Below are positions 14,743-29,990 of a stretch of 64,000 bases of DNA, one piece after another. Every line of letters begins with the position of its first letter. Position 1 is the first letter of the stretch. Position numbers and translations under genes: made by a program. This DNA comes from the human T2T-CHM13v2.0 reference genome, Homo sapiens, in NCBI RefSeq assembly GCF_009914755.1, contig NC_060938.1. One strand, written 5' to 3'. The notes below the pieces were generated by a model that was not told where the DNA came from, searched no databases, and worked only from the letters and a program-made list of their open reading frames with translations.

Positions 14743-14979
14743 AATATTTTCTAAATGCATGAAGGAGACTGGTGAGGAAAAATGGGGGAGAAAACAAAAA
14801 AATTAAATGTGATAACACAGGCAGCATTATGAGAAACTTAGGTATAAAAACTAAACAATATTAGACAAGGAACAGAAGTAAGTCTAAAAGCCCAAAGAGA
14901 ATTAGAAAAGATTAGCATACATACCTGGGGACGGGGAGGCTATGTTTAAAAACAACAAGAGAAAAGAGTAAAAGTATAA

Positions 14980-14980
14980 A

Positions 14981-15013
<33 letters not shown>

Positions 15014-15022
15014 CAGAGAGAG
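14980..15022. repeat. Compound microsatellite (TG)n(AG)n
   Basis: Direct reading. Confidence 0.9.
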
Positions 15023-15099
15023 ATTAAGAGAGGGGAGTGATATTCACAACTTGGAAAAGCCACAGGAAATCTAAAACTTAGATACCTGATAGGACAAGT

Positions 15100-15362
15100 C
15101 CAAGCACTTTGAGAGACCAAGGCCAGAAGATTTCTTGGGCCCAGGAGTTTGAGACCAGCCTGGGTACTATAGTGAAAACCCATCTCTACAAAAAATTAAA
15201 AAATTAGCCGACTGTGATGGCACAAGCCTGTAGTCCCAGCTACTCCCAAGGTTGATGTGGGAAGGTCACTTGAGCTCAGGAGTTGAGACTGCAGTGACCC
15301 ATAATCGTACCACTGCACTCCAGCCTGGGTGACAAATGAGACCCTGTCTCAAAAATAATAAC
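15100..15362 (+). mobile_element. AluJ, 5' end missing
   Basis: Diverged Alu beginning at ccaagcactttgag. Confidence 0.85.
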
Positions 15363-15528
15363 AACATCAACAACATGTAGTCTGCATCTACTTATGGGAC
15401 CCAAATACAGAAAACTGGTCAAAGTAAAGATGCTCTGGGTATCACAGAGGTGGCAAGGCCTCCTGCATCCTACCTCCCTCTCTTCCCCAGGATGGGGCAC
15501 TGTGTTGAACCCTATTGTGGAAACCACC

Positions 15529-15920
15529 TGAAATGGTTTGGCTCTGTATCCCTACCTAAATCTCATCTTGAACTGTAATCCCCAAGAGTTGAGGGAGGAA
15601 TCTGGTGGGAGGTGATTTGATTATGGGGGTGGTTTCACCCATGCTGTTCTCGTGATAATGAGGGAGTTCTCATGAGGTCTGATGGTTTAAAAGTGGCAGC
15701 TTCCCTTGCATGCTGTCTCTCCCCTGCCACCTTGTGAAGAAGGTCCTTGCTTCTCCTTTGCCTACTGCCATGATTGTAATTTTCCTGAGGTCTCCCCAGA
15801 CAAGTAAAACTGTGAGTCAATTAAACCTCTTACCTTAATTACTCACTCTTACCTGTGAGTCGATTAAAACTCTTTACTTAATTACCCACTCTTAGCAGCG
15901 TGAGAATGGACTACTATACA
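15529..15920 (+). mobile_element. THE1D/MSTA-like MaLR solo LTR with internal 43-bp duplication
   Basis: tgaaatggtttggctctgtatccc ... gaatggactactata. Confidence 0.85.
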
Positions 15921-15924
15921 ACTT

Positions 15925-17130
15925 CTATAGGTTAGTGAGGTGGACATCTGCTGAAAAAATCACTCATTAGCTCCTATAAAGGGAAGCAGTGAACCCCAGA
16001 GACCAGCAAGCAAGGGTTCCCCAGGAGAGAGCAAGGCCAGACCAACCTTGTTTCCTTTTCTGTAGGCTGTTAATGGAATGTTACAGTAGAGTTCACTTGG
16101 ATTTGAGCTACATATTTGTCACATCTTTTGTTATAACCTTGCAAACAAAATGAACGTTCTTTGATGATGCCATTAATAGATGCAAAACTGCTAAGACCAT
16201 CCCCAAAGGTTGTTGGTTATAGAGTTAATGCAAACCTTGGGGGAATTTCTAAGGGCCTGCCAAGAGGCTCTTTTCTGTCAGCTCCTTTTTAGCATTTTAA
16301 TCAATAATGCTAATAATAATTACTTTTTATTAAGTGCCTAACATATGCTAAGCACAGTGCTAAGCACTTTAATTCTATAAAGTAGGTATTATTTTTTATC
16401 ACCACTTCATAAATGAGAAAACTGAGGCTTGGAATGAACAATTAGCTTGTTCAACATCACATAACTAATAAGTAGAGGAACCAGAACTTAAACCTACACC
16501 TGATGGACTCCAAAACTGTTACAACTAGCTAGATGAGGACGCTGGTGATGCTCTTATGACATGAAGCTATTGCCAGTGCATCAGAAAATAACATTATTAT
16601 CCAAAATAGCCACAGTCCAGAATGATAGGCAGAATTTAAAATAATGAACTTAAGTGGAAAGAACAACCGAAGGTCTAAAAACAAAACAACAAACAACAAG
16701 GGAATAAAAGTAGCTACACAAATACCAGATGGGAGCGAGACAGCTTAACAACAACACATGTTAAAAAAAAAAAAAATAGGCTTAGCAGTTTTATTTACAG
16801 AATTTAATGGGTAAATGGTGAAATACGGCTGTCAAAAACATTAACATGACCTTGAGCCATATTAATGAACTTAGAGGGTCCAAAACAAAGGAAGGCCAGG
16901 AGCTGCTGGGCCCTGCTTTAATGAGACCATAGCTGCAGTGTTCTGTGCAGGAAATCGCATTTTAAGACGAATGGTGGTGAATAGAAATGATGAAGATGGA
17001 GATAGTGTGGAAAGGATCCGGAAACACCTAGCTTCAAAACGTGAAGACAGTGGAAACAGGAGAGCTATTTTCAGATATATAAGGGCCATTTCTCAAGTTG
17101 CTACTTGCAATAGGAGCATATTCTGTACTA
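15925..17130 (+). mobile_element. CR1/L3 LINE fossil (RT region) interrupted by a MIR (16315-16520, minus)
   Basis: Resembles L3 consensus: cttggatttgagc...gggcctgccaagaggctct...agcattttaatcaat. Confidence 0.65.
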
Positions 17131-17559
17131 GCTGAGAGAAGCAGCCTGTAGGGACATTCTGGCTTTGTGCGTCTTCAACATTTATGACCAAGAGGAGCCC
17201 CAGGACCTGGCTACCAAATGGAGCTTCTAATACTAATCCTCAAAATGAGTCCTTGAAGAGGTTCAGATAAAGACAAGAAGAAGAACTGGTTTCCAGATTA
17301 ATATGCAAATAATAAAACCTGCCCTCTCTAAAACAAAAGAAAGACATTTTTTAAAAAAACTTACCAGTCAACATACAGTTTTCATTAGCAGCAACCAAAC
17401 AAGGAGAAAAATACAATTTCTTGCCAGAAATTTTGAAAAGGCTCAAGAATAGAATCCAGTCAGCCAGGCAATGAGTGGGTAAACTGTAGTTGAAAGTGGG
17501 GGCTGGGGGGAGGGAGGAAGAAAGGAATGTAGGGGAAGAACAGAAGAAAGAGAAAGGAA

Positions 17560-18520
<961 letters not shown>

Positions 18521-18861
18521 GGTAGATGCAATTGATTGGATTATTTAATGTCTCTTCTATCCTTAGTCTACTGTGTTTTCCTGTGTCTGTATTTCCAGAC
18601 TCCCTTGCAGCTTTTATTTCAAAGAGATTCAGTAGTCACCAGTCAGATGCACTTTTGTGAGACTAGAATTCAGCAGTTCAGTGAAGAAAAGATGATGGCA
18701 AGTGAGACATCGGTGCTAGAGCTCCAAGAGTTATGCCATGGCTCTGGAGCCCATAGTTCTGGTGGGGCTTCTTGACTCCTGGATTGAAGCTAAGGTAACC
18801 CCATGGTTCCTGGAGCCATCACTGAAGTGGTGGCTTCCTTGTGCCCAGATCACACTGAGGT

Positions 18862-19680
18862 GGTATATTCATTACCTATAGCTGTTGAAACAAATGACCA
18901 TATATTTGGTGGCTTTAATTTATTCTCTTACAGTTCTGGAGACCAAACATCCAAACTCAGTATCCCTGGGCTGAAACTAAGGTGGCAGCCAGGCCAGGCT
19001 CCCTCCAGAGGTTCTAGGGGAAAATCCATTCCTTGCTTCTTCCATCTTCTTGTGGCTACCGGCACCCCCTGGTTTGCAGCCACAACACTCTCCCTCCATC
19101 TTCAATCACCTTCTCCTTTTCTATCAGTGTTTTTTGCTTGTTTGTTTGTTTGTTTATTTGTTTTTGGTTTTTGTTTGGGTTTTTTTTTTAGACAGTCTTG
19201 CTCTGTCGCTCAGGCTGGAGTGCAATGGCATGAGCTCGGCTCACTGCAGCCTTTGCCTCCTGGGTTCAAGCGATTCTCATGTCTCAGTCTCCTGAGTAGC
19301 TGAGATTACAGGCTCCCACCAACACATCCAGCTAATATTTGTATTTTTAGTAGAGACAGATTTCTCCATATTGGCCAGGCTGGTCTCAAACTCCTGGCCT
19401 CAAGTGATCCACCAGCCTCAGCATCCCAATGTGCTAGGATTACAGGCGTGAGCCATTGCACCCAGCCTCCTTTTCTATCAGTGTTAAACATCCCTCTGCC
19501 TCCTTTTTATAAGATACACGTGATTGCATTTAGGACCCACTCTGATAATCCAGGATAATCCTATGTCAAGATCCTCAATCACATCTGCAAAGACCCTGTT
19601 TATGTCCAAGGTAATATTCGCAGGTTCTAGGAATCAAAAAATGGGTATCTTTTGGAGGGCTGTTTTTGGCCTACCACAAT
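18862..19680 (-). mobile_element. MLT1B/C-like MaLR LTR interrupted by an Alu
   Basis: cagttctggagacca...ataatccaggataatc...ggtaatattcgcaggttc. Confidence 0.7.
19132..19467 (-). mobile_element. AluS with (GTTT)n-like tail
   Basis: 18-bp TSD TCCTTTTCTATCAGTGTT (19114 and 19468). Confidence 0.95.
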
Positions 19681-20851
19681 GGCATAATCCTAGAGGCTGA
19701 ATTTGGGACAGTAGCTTCCTGTTCCACAGATTCCTGACTGTGGCAGAGGTAGACACTGCCTGACACACCAGTTCTGCAGGTTTATTCTGGGAGTCATTTC
19801 TAAAAGCCCAAACCTGAAGCCTACTCCCCCAACCCTTCCATAATTGCATTTGTACCCAATGCCCTGCCTACTTAAACTACAAGAGTGCTTCTGTTATGTG
19901 CAACCCTGATGGATATAGACAATCTGATCACATGTTGATACAATTGTTTATATTTCTCTATATATACTGTACCTGTATATAACTGGGCTACACACCTACT
20001 ATACTAATATATACAAAGAAAAAACACTGTCTTTTTCAAATTCTGTTAGAAAAATAATTTTTATCTGATGCAGAATCAAGGAAAAATAAATAAATGAATG
20101 TTCTGATATTCCTTACAAGCTCCTTCAGCCATGCGGCAATGGTTGTTTTGGTGGCTGGAATACAAGGAAAAAGGGGGCCAAATTTTATGGCAATTTGTTA
20201 AAGTTAATGGAATGAAGTCAGGAGTTCACTGAGGTAAGTTTTCGGTCCCTTGAATGTCCTCTCCTTCTCCTTGCTCCTCTCCTAGGTAGGGTCTGCCTTT
20301 ATGGGGTAAGGTGGATTGTATGACATCATAGTGTCATCAGTGGGGACAGGAAGACGAGGTCCTCAAATCCATGCTGAATCCTCCCAACATCATTGAGCTC
20401 TGCTGTGAACTGGCTGCTCTAGGCAGTGTCCTAGACTGATGGCTTCTAAGATACCTGCCACTGGAGTTTATGGTCCTGGCCATTCGTCTCTACATTCAGG
20501 TTTCTGCCTGTCCACCAACCCTATCAACATCTCTGCATTCTCTGCCCCTAAACATGCAAGAGCTTCTGGGTCCTCTGAAGGCCACATACAAGCCATGGGG
20601 GGATGAGAAACACTATCTCAGGTTAAATTATCTACATATTAGTAGATAGTTCAGTTACCTGCAGATAGTTTGTTTAGTTATCTGTAGAGAGTTAATGCTG
20701 CTACATTATTATCTTGTGCCACGTTAAAGGTGGGTGAGTGCAGGGCTATGCTAAAGACTGATACCTCCTTGCAGTGTTTTGGGGGAATCCCTGGAGTTCT
20801 GAGTTCCTGCACTTCCTTTAGCTATCTGGATGCTTTAAGACTCCCTTTCCT

Positions 20852-21110
20852 GGCTCACACCTGTAATCCCAGCACTTGGAGAGGCTGAGGCAAGTGAATT
20901 CCTTGAGCCCAGGAGTTCAAGACGAGCCTGGGCAACATGGCAAAACCCCATCTCTACAAAAAAAAATACAAAAATTAGCTGGGTGTGGTGCTGTGCACCT
21001 AGTAGTCCCAGCTACTCAGGAGGCTGAGGCAGGAGGATCGTTTGAGCCCAGGAAGTTGAACGAGCTGTGATCACAGCACTGCATCCCAGCTGGGGAGATA
21101 GGACCCTGTG
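20852..21110 (+). mobile_element. AluJ
   Basis: Diverged Alu dimer. Confidence 0.9.
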
Positions 21111-21350
21111 AAAGAAAAAGCAAGAAAGCAAGAAAGCAAGCAAGAAAGAAAGAAAGAAAGGAAGGAAGGAAGGAAGGAAGAAAGAAAGGAAAGAAAGAAA
21201 AAGAAAGAAAAGAAAGAAAGAAGGAAAGAAAGAAAGGAAAGAAAGAAAGAAGGAAGGAAGGGAAAGATAGAAAGAAAGGAAGGAAGGCTCTCTTTCCTAA
21301 AAAAGAAAGAAAGGAAGAGAAAGAAAGAAAGAGAGAAAGAAAGAAAGGCT
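21111..21350. repeat. GA-rich (GAAA/GGAA)n polypurine tract derived from the Alu tail
   Basis: Direct reading. Confidence 0.95.
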
Positions 21351-22114
21351 CTCTTTCCTCCTTTCCTGCAACCAAGTTTGGTTCTAAGGGAGGTCAAAAA
21401 CCAGAACCTTGTGTCTAAGCTCCTCAACCCATGTCTGATCCTTCCATTCCTGCAGCCAGAAGGGGCAGGTGTGGGGTTTCCATTTCATCTGTAGCACATC
21501 CTTCTTCTGACATGCTCTTCCTAGAGGAGCCAGCCTCGTGGCATGAGCCGTGCAGGAGGGAGGTCTACTCTATGCTAGAGAAGAAACTGGTCAGAGCCCT
21601 CCAGAGCTAGTCCTGATGATAAAGGGGAAGATAATATAGCTTAAGGATTCTTTTCTGAATTAAGCATGTCTGTCTTTCATGAATATTTTCTTGTTTGAAA
21701 TTAAGAGGTCAAGGAAGTTAGCTGTGATCAATGTTCCCTGTTCCAAGTAGTACCTACCTATTCTTTACCAGAACAATAAGCCTCGTGACTCAGTAAGTCA
21801 ACCCTAAGGGTGGAAGGCAACTGAGGAACCAATTAAGACAGAAATTAGAATGGATCAGTTTAATACTTAAAAATATTATCTGTTAACTTATATATTAAAA
21901 GATATCTGAAATGATATTAACCAAATTTTCATCATGGTTACTTTTGGATTCAGGCAATTTTGGTGTATTACTTAATTCTTTGTACTTTTGGTTGCTGCTT
22001 GAATTTTTTTAAAAAAATAAGAACTAGGCTAGCAAAAATGTCCTTAACAATTTGGTTTGAATCTTTTTTCTATGCAACTCCTTCTCCCCCCACCCCCAAA
22101 TCAACAACTAGAAG

Positions 22115-22250
22115 GCAGGTATGGGGACTTGATCCTGTAGTCCCAGCCACTCAGGAGGCTGAGGCTGAAGGATCACTTGAGCCCAGGAATTCAAGACCAG
22201 CCAGAGCAACATAATGAGACCCCATCTCTAACTTTTTTTTTAAAAAAAGA
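22115..22250 (+). mobile_element. FLAM-like Alu monomer
   Basis: Single monomer ending gagaccccatctcta. Confidence 0.75.
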
Positions 22251-22449
22251 ACTAGCATAATACAAACTCTCCATGATTCTACATTCACTCATTCATTAAT
22301 TTATTGGGCAACTATCTACTGTGCTCCAGGTCATCTGTTAGGTATTAAGGATTCAGAAATAAATGAATGTCATATTTGCCTTTTAGGAAACCACAATTTA
22401 GCAGAGAATACTAAGCACACAACTCTAACACATTCTGGCAAGTATGATT

Positions 22450-22974
22450 TGTGAACCCCAAATATCTAAGACAGGTCTCAGTCAATTTAGGAAGTTTATT
22501 TTGCCAAAGTTAAGGAGGGTGCCCATGACATAGCCTCAGGAAGTCCTGACTACATGTGTCCAAGGTGGCGGGGGTACAGCTTGGTTTTCTGCATTTTAGG
22601 AAGACATGAGATCAATATATGTAAGATGCACATCAGTTCCATCCAGAAAGGCGGGACAACTCCAAGCAGGGAGGGGGCTTCCAGGTCATAGGTAAGAGAC
22701 GAACAGTTGCATTCTTTCAAGTTGCTGATTAGCCTTTCCAAGGGAGGCAACCAGATACGCATTTATCTCAGTGAGCAGAGGTGTGACTGAGTTCTCTCTG
22801 TCCTTTCTCTTCAAGGAAATTCCTTGTGAGAGAGGTATGTAGCTTTTAAAAAATCTTAGTAGCTATCTTTTTTAGGAATAGAATGGAGGGTAGGTTTGTC
22901 CTAAGCAGTTCCCAGCTTGACTTTTCCCTTTGGCTTAGTGATTTTGGGGTTCCAATATTTATTTTCCTTTCACA
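22450..22974 (-). mobile_element. MER4A-type ERV1 solo LTR
   Basis: tgtgaacccc...ttttcctttcaca termini; perfect 4-bp TSD GATT. Confidence 0.88.
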
Positions 22975-23423
22975 GATTACATGATTTTATGACTTTACCT
23001 GTCGTGAAGTATTGCCTCAATTTCACAACATACCTTTCTTAAGCATCCACATGTGAGCCAGGCCCTAGGCTAGGCCCTGCAGACAGAAACACACCAGGGC
23101 ACTGGCAGGGCTCTCAAGCCAGCATGACAAACTTCCCCCAAAGACCGCAGGACAGAGTTTACGAGTTTCACCTTCCACCTCCACCCAGTTGGTCCACCTG
23201 CAGGAAGTGAAGCCGTTCTAAAAAGTCAGAAGTGACAGATTCTGTGTCATAGGACAAAGAAAATGCAGGTGACAGGATAGGCAGTTGCATAAAGCTTGGC
23301 TGGGTGTTACCAGAAAGGTGTCCCCATCCAGACCCCAAGAGAGGGTTCTTGGACCTCAGGCAAGAAAGAATTCAGAGAAAGTCCATAAAATGAAAGCAAG
23401 TTTACTAAGAAAGTAAAGAAATA

Positions 23424-23842
<419 letters not shown>

Positions 23843-24074
23843 TTATATGCTAAACAAAGGATGGATTATTCTTGTGTTTTCTTGAAAAGAGGCAGAGATT
23901 TCCTGGAACTGAGGATCCCTCCCCTTTTTATATAGAGTAGTTTTCAAATGTTGCCATGGCATTTGTAAACTGTCAAGGTGCCAGTGGGAGCGTCTTTTAG
24001 CATGCTAATGCATTATAAATTAGCGTATAATGAGCAGTGAGGACGACCAGAGGTCACTTTCGTTACCATCTTAG

Positions 24075-24470
<396 letters not shown>

Positions 24471-25026
24471 TGACCTCCTATCTCATCCTGTGACTAAGAA
24501 TGCCTAACCTCCTGGGATTGCAGTCCAGCAGGTCTCAGCCTTATTTTACCCAGCCCCTATTCAAGATGGAGTCATTCTGGTTTAAATGCCTCTGACAATG
24601 GCTCTCCAGCCACAAAGGAGGAAGTGATTAAAGCATGGAGTCAGAGTTTTTCTGCACTGTTCCACACAGGAGGGCTCTCTTCAAACACAGTTTCCACGTT
24701 GAGCTGACTCACTGGCTTCCTCCTCCTACAGTGTCATAGTTACCTCTTTTCCAACTGCACTGCTGAGCAAGTGCAGAGATTGCTTGTTTCAAGGTAGATT
24801 GTTGAAAACTTCTTTCGTTTCTCATTTCTATTTCTAGGCATGTCACTGACTTGCTGAGTCATATTTGGCAAGCTCAGGATCTCTTTTTTCCTTGTTTTTC
24901 CATCTGGATAATATGATTTATAAAAAGCTCTAAGGCATTTTATTTGGAAAAAGGCATAAACATATAAAAATGATAGTGTTGTTTACCAAAAGACTTTTAT
25001 CCATACATAGTTCAATTAAAACATCT

Positions 25027-25320
25027 GGCCAGGGATGGTGGCTCCCGCCTGTAATCCCAACACTGTGGGAGGCCAGGGCAGGAAGATTGCTTGAATCTAG
25101 GAGTTTGAGACCATCCTGGGCAAAATGGCAAACCCCTGTCTCCACAAAAAAATTACAAAATTAGCTGGGCATGGTGGTGCACAGCTATACTCTCAGCTAC
25201 TCAGGAGGCTGAGGTGGGAGGCTCACCTGAGCTGGGGAGGTCAAGGCTGCAGTGAGTGTGATTGCACCACTGCACTCCAGCCTGGGCTACAGAACAAGAC
25301 CTTGTCTGAAAAAAAAAAAA
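25027..25320 (+). mobile_element. AluJ
   Basis: Diverged dimer. Confidence 0.92.
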
Positions 25321-26655
25321 TTGTCTCATCATAATAAAATATTTTTGTCTAATTTGTTCTTTACTGAGTGTGAAAGCTCCTGGAAAACAGGTAAAATTTG
25401 TTTCTCTATTTCTATTCCCAACACTCCGCATGGTATAATATAACGAAACTAGATATTCTCCAACTGGTCCTTGAGCCCAAGGGGAAATGCATGCGTGCTG
25501 GCAAACAGCTTAGAAATGTCATGAAGTTTTGTGGGTGCATTGGGGCATCTTTTGAGTTTCAAGTCTATATCTCTCCTCTGATTTCCCAAAGGTGTGATCC
25601 AAAAAAATTGTTAAAAACCATAAAAGAGGTCCTTAGTACATAAATTGTCAATTCCTGGCCATTCCTCGGAGGTACTGGCATTCTGGAGGCATCTACACAA
25701 TTTCATAACAATTGTATTGTCCATGTAATACCAACTTCAAAGAGAAGAAATACAAAGAAAATGAAAAGCTGAACACTGTGATCATCTTGCTGACATTGAA
25801 GTAGGAGAGAGGCAAGAGATAAGAAAATTATCACTTAATATTAACATTATGCCCCTTAGCCAAATGGCAATATGGCTAGGTTATTTATTTTAATTTAATA
25901 ACAATCAAGCTATTGTAAAACCCTCAATACACTATCTTGCAAAGAGAAGATACTGAATAAATATTTGATGGTAATACAAAGGAAGCAAGATGAAATAAAA
26001 ATAAGATACTGTAAAGATGTTATCATAAAGACTTCACCAGAACTTTTTTCATAAATATTTTAAGAATATTTTTGGACTTAGGTTATAAATATGACTTCCA
26101 AATTGATAATCTTATAAATTTTTAAAATAAAATATATGGAACAGAGCAACAGAAAGTATATCAACTTTGCTACTTTTATGTAACTTTATTTGTAGCTTTT
26201 AAAATAATCCACTTCTTCCCATTAAACAAAAAGTGCCTTGAGATTGGATCCAAGTTTTGTTTTTTTCTTCTAACTTCCAACATTTCATATTGAGCACAGG
26301 ACTTCAGGACTTCATTTTCATTGGTGCTTCAGAAACATCACTTACTGGTAAAGATAAATGAGAAGTATTCAGTTATGAATAAGTTGTCAGAGATGTCTCT
26401 CATGTGTGAGATGGTTCCATTTCCCAAGGATTTCTCTCATTTCTGTAGTAGCGTGTATGACAGCCCATATGGAGTCTACAACTAGAATCCAGACTGTGTA
26501 TGCAATACGGAGATAGATGTCCCACACCTACTTCCTGGTTTTGGAACATGAGGAAATCACTCAATTGGACTGTAAAAATTTAAATCTGTATTTGTTTAAT
26601 CATGCAGAATATTTATTTTTAATCTTATTATTTAAAAAATAAAACAGATACAAAA

Positions 26656-26953
<298 letters not shown>

Positions 26954-27158
26954 AAAACAGATACAAAAGACACATGAAACAAATGTATAGCCTAATGAAT
27001 TATTACATGTCCAACTTTCTTATAACCAACACCAAAGTCAAGAAATAGAACTAGGACAGTTATCCCGGAAGCCCCTCCACATATCCTGTCTCAATTATAG
27101 TCCCTTCCCTCCATCCTTACCCTCCCATCCCAAGAAATCACTGTCCCGACTTTTATAG

Positions 27159-27319
27159 CAGTGGTTCTCAAAGTGTCTAGAATCTTGATAGAAAAGCAAA
27201 TTATTGGGCCCCATCACAGACCTAAGAAATAAAAAACTCTTGGAGTGGAGCCCAGCAATCCATGTTTTAAATTTTTTTCCAGGTGATTCTCATGAAAACT
27301 TAAAGCTTGAGAACCACTG
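27159..27319 (+). mobile_element. MER5A hAT-Charlie MITE
   Basis: TIRs CAGTGGTTCTCAA / TTGAGAACCACTG; 8-bp TSD TTTTATAG/TTTTAGAG. Confidence 0.9.
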
Positions 27320-27810
27320 TTTTAGAGGAATCACTTCCTTCTGTTTCTTTGTCATTTTATTACTAAAGTATGCACTCTTAAACACTGTAGTTTATTCCTG
27401 CCCATTTAAAAAATTTCATTTAAGTCTCTTTCAATATAAAGTTTTCCCCTTCAGCCCCTTCTTTTCCTTACAATTTACCTGTTAAAGAATCCAGGCTGTT
27501 TGACCTGTATCATTTTCCACAGTTTGGCCTTTGCTGAGTGTATACTCATGGTGCAGTTCAACAGATGCTTCTCTCCTCTATTTCCTGCAAATTGGCAGCT
27601 GGATCCAGAGGTTAATTGGACTTCAGTTTGATCTCACTGGCAAGACTACAGGTGATGTTCTGTTTTTTCAATCAGGAGGCACATGTTTGTCTGTCTGTGA
27701 TGTTAGAAACTGTTGATAATGCCTAAATCCATTAATTTATTGGGGGTTACAAAGTGGTGATGTTCTAATTCTATCATTTCTTTTTCATTTTTCATTATTA
27801 GCTAAAATCG

Positions 27811-27820
27811 TTTTTTGTTG

Positions 27821-27853
<33 letters not shown>

Positions 27854-28136
27854 AGACAGAGTCTTGCTCTGTTGCCCAGGCTGGAGTGCAGCAGTGGCAC
27901 AATCTTGGCTCACTGCAACCTTTGCCTCCTGGGTTCAAGCAATTCTCCTGCCTCAGCCTCCAGTAGCTGGGATTATAGGCACCTGCCACCATGCCCAGCT
28001 AATTTTTGTATTTTTAGCAGAGATGGGGTTTTACCATGTTGGCCAGGCTAGTCTTGAACTCCTGAGCTCAAGCGATCCACACGGCCTTGGCCTCCCAAAG
28101 TGCTGGCATTACAGGCATGAGCCACAGCGCCTGGCC
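27811..28136 (-). mobile_element. AluS
   Basis: Reverse dimer with long poly-T. Confidence 0.95.
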
Positions 28137-28629
28137 TAAAATACTTTTATAAAGAGATGTTTCCCTCATCTACTAATCCAGTGGTACAATTTATATAGAA
28201 AATGCCAGTAAATGCTTGATTCCTATTTTTTTAACCAGTTTTCAAGATAATCAATTAGTTCCCCATCAACCTCCAAAGGTGACCAATTATTTTTAAATAG
28301 CATTTTGGACTCATGGATTTAAACATATTTGACAGGATTTCAATCCACTGCAGTTATTGTCATTATTGAAGTTCAAATCCTGCCATCTTGAACTAATAGA
28401 TGCCACTTCAAGTTGGTTCCTGGGTCCTTTTGAGAGAACTATTTGGAATAATAATACATTCCAGGTTCATTTGGTACATTTCCTACCCTAAGTTACTTCT
28501 TTAAGAAGGCCTGGCTTCTTTCAGAGTGAATAGATATTTCAAGACTATTATCTAAACTCTAATGGAGCCCATTTTGACTGGGTAGGACATTGTTTTTAGG
28601 CCTTTTCAATTAACAAAGTTATAAGTGTG

Positions 28630-29100
28630 CGTGTTAGTTATTTAGTGCTGTGTAACAAATTACCTCAAAACATAGCTTCTTAAAACAACAATAAAATTTA
28701 TTACCTCCAACAGTTTCTGTGGGTCAGGAATCCAAGAGTGGCTTACATGGACGGTTCTGAAGTCATCTGAAGGCTTGACTGGACTGGAAGATTCACTTCC
28801 AAGGTGGTACACTCCAAACCTGGACCGTTGGTGCTGGCTCTTGGCAAGGCCCTCAGTGGCTCACCATGTGGACCTCTCCTCAGGGCTGCTTGAATGCCCT
28901 AATGTCCCCAGAAGCAAGTGATCAAAAAGAACAACGCAGAAGCCACAATGTTTTTTACGATCTAGCACTGGAAGTAACACCCTGTCAATCCCATGATGTC
29001 CTATTGCTTACACAGGTTGGGGGAGGGGGAGGAAACTACATAAGGACATGAATGTGAAAAGGAGAGAAACATTAGGGACCATCCTGGAGGCTGGTTGATA
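28630..29100 (-). mobile_element. MLT1-family LTR
   Basis: tgctgtgtaacaaattacc...cagtttctgtgggtcaggaat...ttccaaggtgg. Confidence 0.7.
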
Positions 29101-29117
29101 CTTAAAGATAAAATACC

Positions 29118-29427
29118 AGCAGAGTGTTGTGGCTCACGCCTGTAATCCCAACACTTCGGGAGGCCAAGGCAGGAAGGTCACTTGAGGCCAAGAGTTTGAG
29201 AACAGCCTGGGCAACATATCATATTACAAAAAATAAAAAATAAAAATAGCTGGGTGTGGTGGTACACGTGTAGTCCTAGCTACTTGGGAGGCTAAAGGCA
29301 GGAGGATCACTTGAGCCCAGGAGGTCGAGGCTGCAGTGAGCCATGACTGTGCCACTACACTCCAGCCTGGGCAACAGAGTAAGACCCTATCTCAAAAAAC
29401 AAACAAACAAACAAACAAACAAACAAC
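29118..29427 (+). mobile_element. AluJ with (CAAA)n tail
   Basis: Diverged dimer. Confidence 0.9.
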
Positions 29428-29549
29428 CTCATAAATTCATGCTGCTCCTTCCAAGTCACATTCAGGACTTACTTAACTTATTCCACATTATGTGTATAAC
29501 TCTTTTCATACTGAGAATCCTAGCAATTAGAACATCTCATAATTGCCCA

Positions 29550-29990
29550 TCTATTTTTATGTTGCTTTGGGCATTTGAAGAGGCAAACACCAAGATGGGA
29601 TTAACCATGCAAGAGCTTTTGGTAGGGATATGTCTGGGAAGGGCAAAGGGAAGGAAACAAGAAGAGCAGAGATGCAATGCAAGTCTAACACTGAGAAAGG
29701 GACCAAAGAAGGGAAATAGATGGATAGGAAGAGCCCTAGACTGCAGCTCAGTTCTAAGAAACCTTTGGCCAGGCAGAGGGGAACTCCTGCAGCCACAGTC
29801 ACCTGCTGCAGAAGTCCTGCCTCTGGTAGGAGCAGATCTGCACTAATGTACTGCTCTGCTCATTCAATGGCTGGGAGCAGCCCTGGGGGCATGGCCCCAG
29901 TGCCAACTAGGTAGGTGGAGGGGGTGGTTCCAGAGCATGGAAGCTGGGGCTATCACTCAACTATGCTCCCAAAGGCAGCATATCTGAGCT
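29550..29990. mobile_element. LTR16-like ERVL LTR fossil
   Basis: cctagactgcagctcagttctaagaaa...ggccagg resembles the LTR16 family. Confidence 0.45.

Larger units (their letters stand above)
26970..28620 (-). mobile_element. Old L1M 3' region fragments with nested MER5A and Alu
   Basis: Resembles the reverse L1MC/MD/ME 3' UTR (caaagtcaagaaatagaac...gaagccc). Confidence 0.55.

Noticed and set aside
20231-20290. GAG|GTAAGT donor followed by a pyrimidine tract and AG
   Set aside because: The 52-nt spacing is too short for an intron, and no supporting exon or ORF is present.
21016-21494. Lys/Glu/Arg-rich and Phe/Leu/Ser-rich ORFs
   Set aside because: Translations of a GA microsatellite.
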